NCBI RefSeq assembly: GCF_036971445.1
Contig: NC_091470.1
Location: 153,016,001 to 153,080,000 of the forward strand
Origin: Narcine bancroftii
Taxonomy: Eukaryota
DNA: 64,000 bases
Direction: 5' to 3'
Shown here: positions 62,085-64,000 of the stretch, piece by piece
How positions within the stretch are numbered: the stretch's first letter is position 1
Layout: each line of letters opens with the position of its first letter
The notes under the pieces: generated by a model
What the model saw: the letters and a program-made list of their open reading frames with translations, nothing else
Database searches by the model: none
What the model was told of the DNA's origin: nothing
Position numbers and translations under genes: made by a program

Positions 62085-64000
62085 TCATCAAACGGTTGTG
62101 GCTATTACAGAGACTTGGCTGGAGGAAGGACAGGATTGGCTGATGCAAGTACTGGGGTTTAGGTGCTTTAAAAGGAAAAGGATGGGAGGGAGGTGGAGGG
62201 GTGGTGGGAAGGGGAGCAGCATTACGGATAGTGTCATGGCTATAGAAAGGGAGAAGGCTGAGGGAGAGGGAATGTCCACTGAGTCGGTGTGGGTGGAAGT
62301 CAGAAATGGGAAGGGAGCTATCACTGTACTGGGAGTAGTCTCTAGTCTCCCAAATAGCCCTCAGGACACCAAGGTGCAGATAAAAAGGCAGATTTTGGAA
62401 TGGTGCAGGAAATACAGGGTTGTAGTTATGGGTGACTTCAACTTCCCTAATATTGACTGGCACCTACTGACTGAAAGAGGGAGAGATGGGGCTGAATTTC
62501 TCAGGTGTGTTTGAGAAAGATTCCTGACACTAAATGTGGACCAGCCGACGAGAGGAGAGGCCATACTGGATCTAGTTCTGGGCACTGAACCTGGTCAGGT
62601 GGTGGACCTCTCGGTGAGGGAGGATTTTGGTGAGAGTGACCGCAATTTTCTGAGCTTTAGCATAGCTATGGAAAAGGATAAAAGCAGACAAAATGGGAAC
62701 TTGCTTAATGAGGCAGGAACTAATGAGAGTAAATTGGAAACGGATGTTGAAGGGTGAAAGCGCAGAAGTAATGTGGAGGAAGTTTAGGGACCATTTGTGC
62801 TGGCTTCAGGATAGGTTTGTCCACTGGGACAAAGAAAAGATGGTAGGAAAAGAGAACTGTGGTTGATGAAACTGATGACGCAGCTGGCCAAGAGGAACAA
62901 AGAAGCATGCATTAGATATAGGAAACAGGAAGGGCACATGAGAAGTATATGGTAGCCAGGAAGGAGCTTAAGAAAGGACAGGAAGGAGGCATGAGAAGGC
63001 ATTGGCATATTGAATTAAGGAGAACCCCAAGGCATTCTATGCGTATGTGAAGAACACAAGGATGATGAGAATAAAGGTGTGGCTGCTAAAGGATAAAGGA
63101 GGCAACATGTGCCTGGAGCCGGAGGAGGTTGGGGAGGTCCTAAATGAATACTTTGTGTCAGTATTCACTAGAGAAAAGACTTGATCAGGGTGAGGTCGGA
63201 ATAGAACAGGCTTGTGGAGATTAAAGAAGAGAAAATGTTGGATCTTCTTCAAAACCTCAAGATTGATAAGTCCCCAGGACTGGACGTGATATACTCCAGG
63301 TTGTTGTAGGAAGTGAGGGAGGAGATAGCTGGGGCAGTAGCTTTGATCTTTGAGTCCTCTTCGTGGCAGGGGAGGTGCCAGAGGGTTGGAGAATGGCAAA
63401 TGTAGTCCCCTTGTTTTAAAAAAAAAGGTAATAGGGTAAATCTAGGGAATTAGAGACTGGTGAGTTTTACGTCAGTGGTGTGTAAACTATTTGAGAGTAT
63501 CCTTAAGGATAAGGATCTATGAGCATGTGGAAAAGTACAGTCTACTCAAGGATAGTTATCAGGGGTTTGTAAAGGGAAGGTCGTGCCTCACGAGCCTAAT
63601 TGAGTTTTTTGAGGAGGTAATAAAATAAATTGATGAAGCTCGGGTGGTAGTTGTGGTCTATATGGATTTTAATAAGGCATTTGACAAGGTCCCCAATGAG
63701 AGACATGTTCAGAAACTCATGAGGCATGAGATCCATGGAACCTTGGCAATGTGGATAAAAAAATTGGGTTGCATGTAGAAAGCAGAGAGTGGTAGTGAAA
63801 GGATACTTTCCTGGAAATCGGTGACTAGTGGAGTGCTGCAGGGATCTGTTCTGGGACCCCTGCTCTTTGTGATTTTTATAAATGACCTGGATGAAGAGGT
63901 GGAAGAATGGGTCAGTAAGTTTGTGGATGACATGAAGGTTGAAAGAGTTGTGGATGGAACTGAAAGTTGTCAAAGGTTACAAGAGGATATAGAAAGGATG
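62085..64000 (+). mobile_element. CR1-clade LINE ORF2 (APE endonuclease and RT), degraded, runs off the window
   Basis: AITETWL, VVMGDFNFPNIDW, PTRGEAILDLVL, KSPGLD, RMANVVPLF, MDFNKAFDKV, SGVLQGSVLGPLLFVIFINDL, KFVDD, with frameshifts and stops. Confidence 0.92.

Overview
Vertebrate genomic DNA, most likely from a cartilaginous fish (shark or ray). The lineage call rests on the repeat repertoire (V-SINE/HE1-like and Deu-domain SINEs, CR1, Rex/Babar and Penelope elements). The window holds the conserved RNF207-RPL22-CHD5 block, as at human 1p36.31. It contains the first coding exon (RING finger) of RNF207 on the minus strand, the complete four-exon RPL22 gene (126 aa) with a TCT/CpG promoter, and the promoter plus the first two coding exons of CHD5. 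Most remaining sequence is transposable elements, and nearly all ORFs in the supplied track are spurious or TE remnants. The most unusual structures are: (1) a hAT-ended foldback element built from SINE pieces; (2) an RTE LINE with a twin-priming-type 5' inversion; (3) Penelope-derived palindromes carrying minimal hammerhead ribozyme cores; (4) a long-inverted-repeat element ending just upstream of RPL22 exon 3; (5) an internally deleted L1 that keeps both ends. Exon coordinates were read base by base; most repeat boundaries are approximate. Family and orthologue comparisons are from recall, not database searches. I found no prokaryotic-type system (CRISPR, operon).
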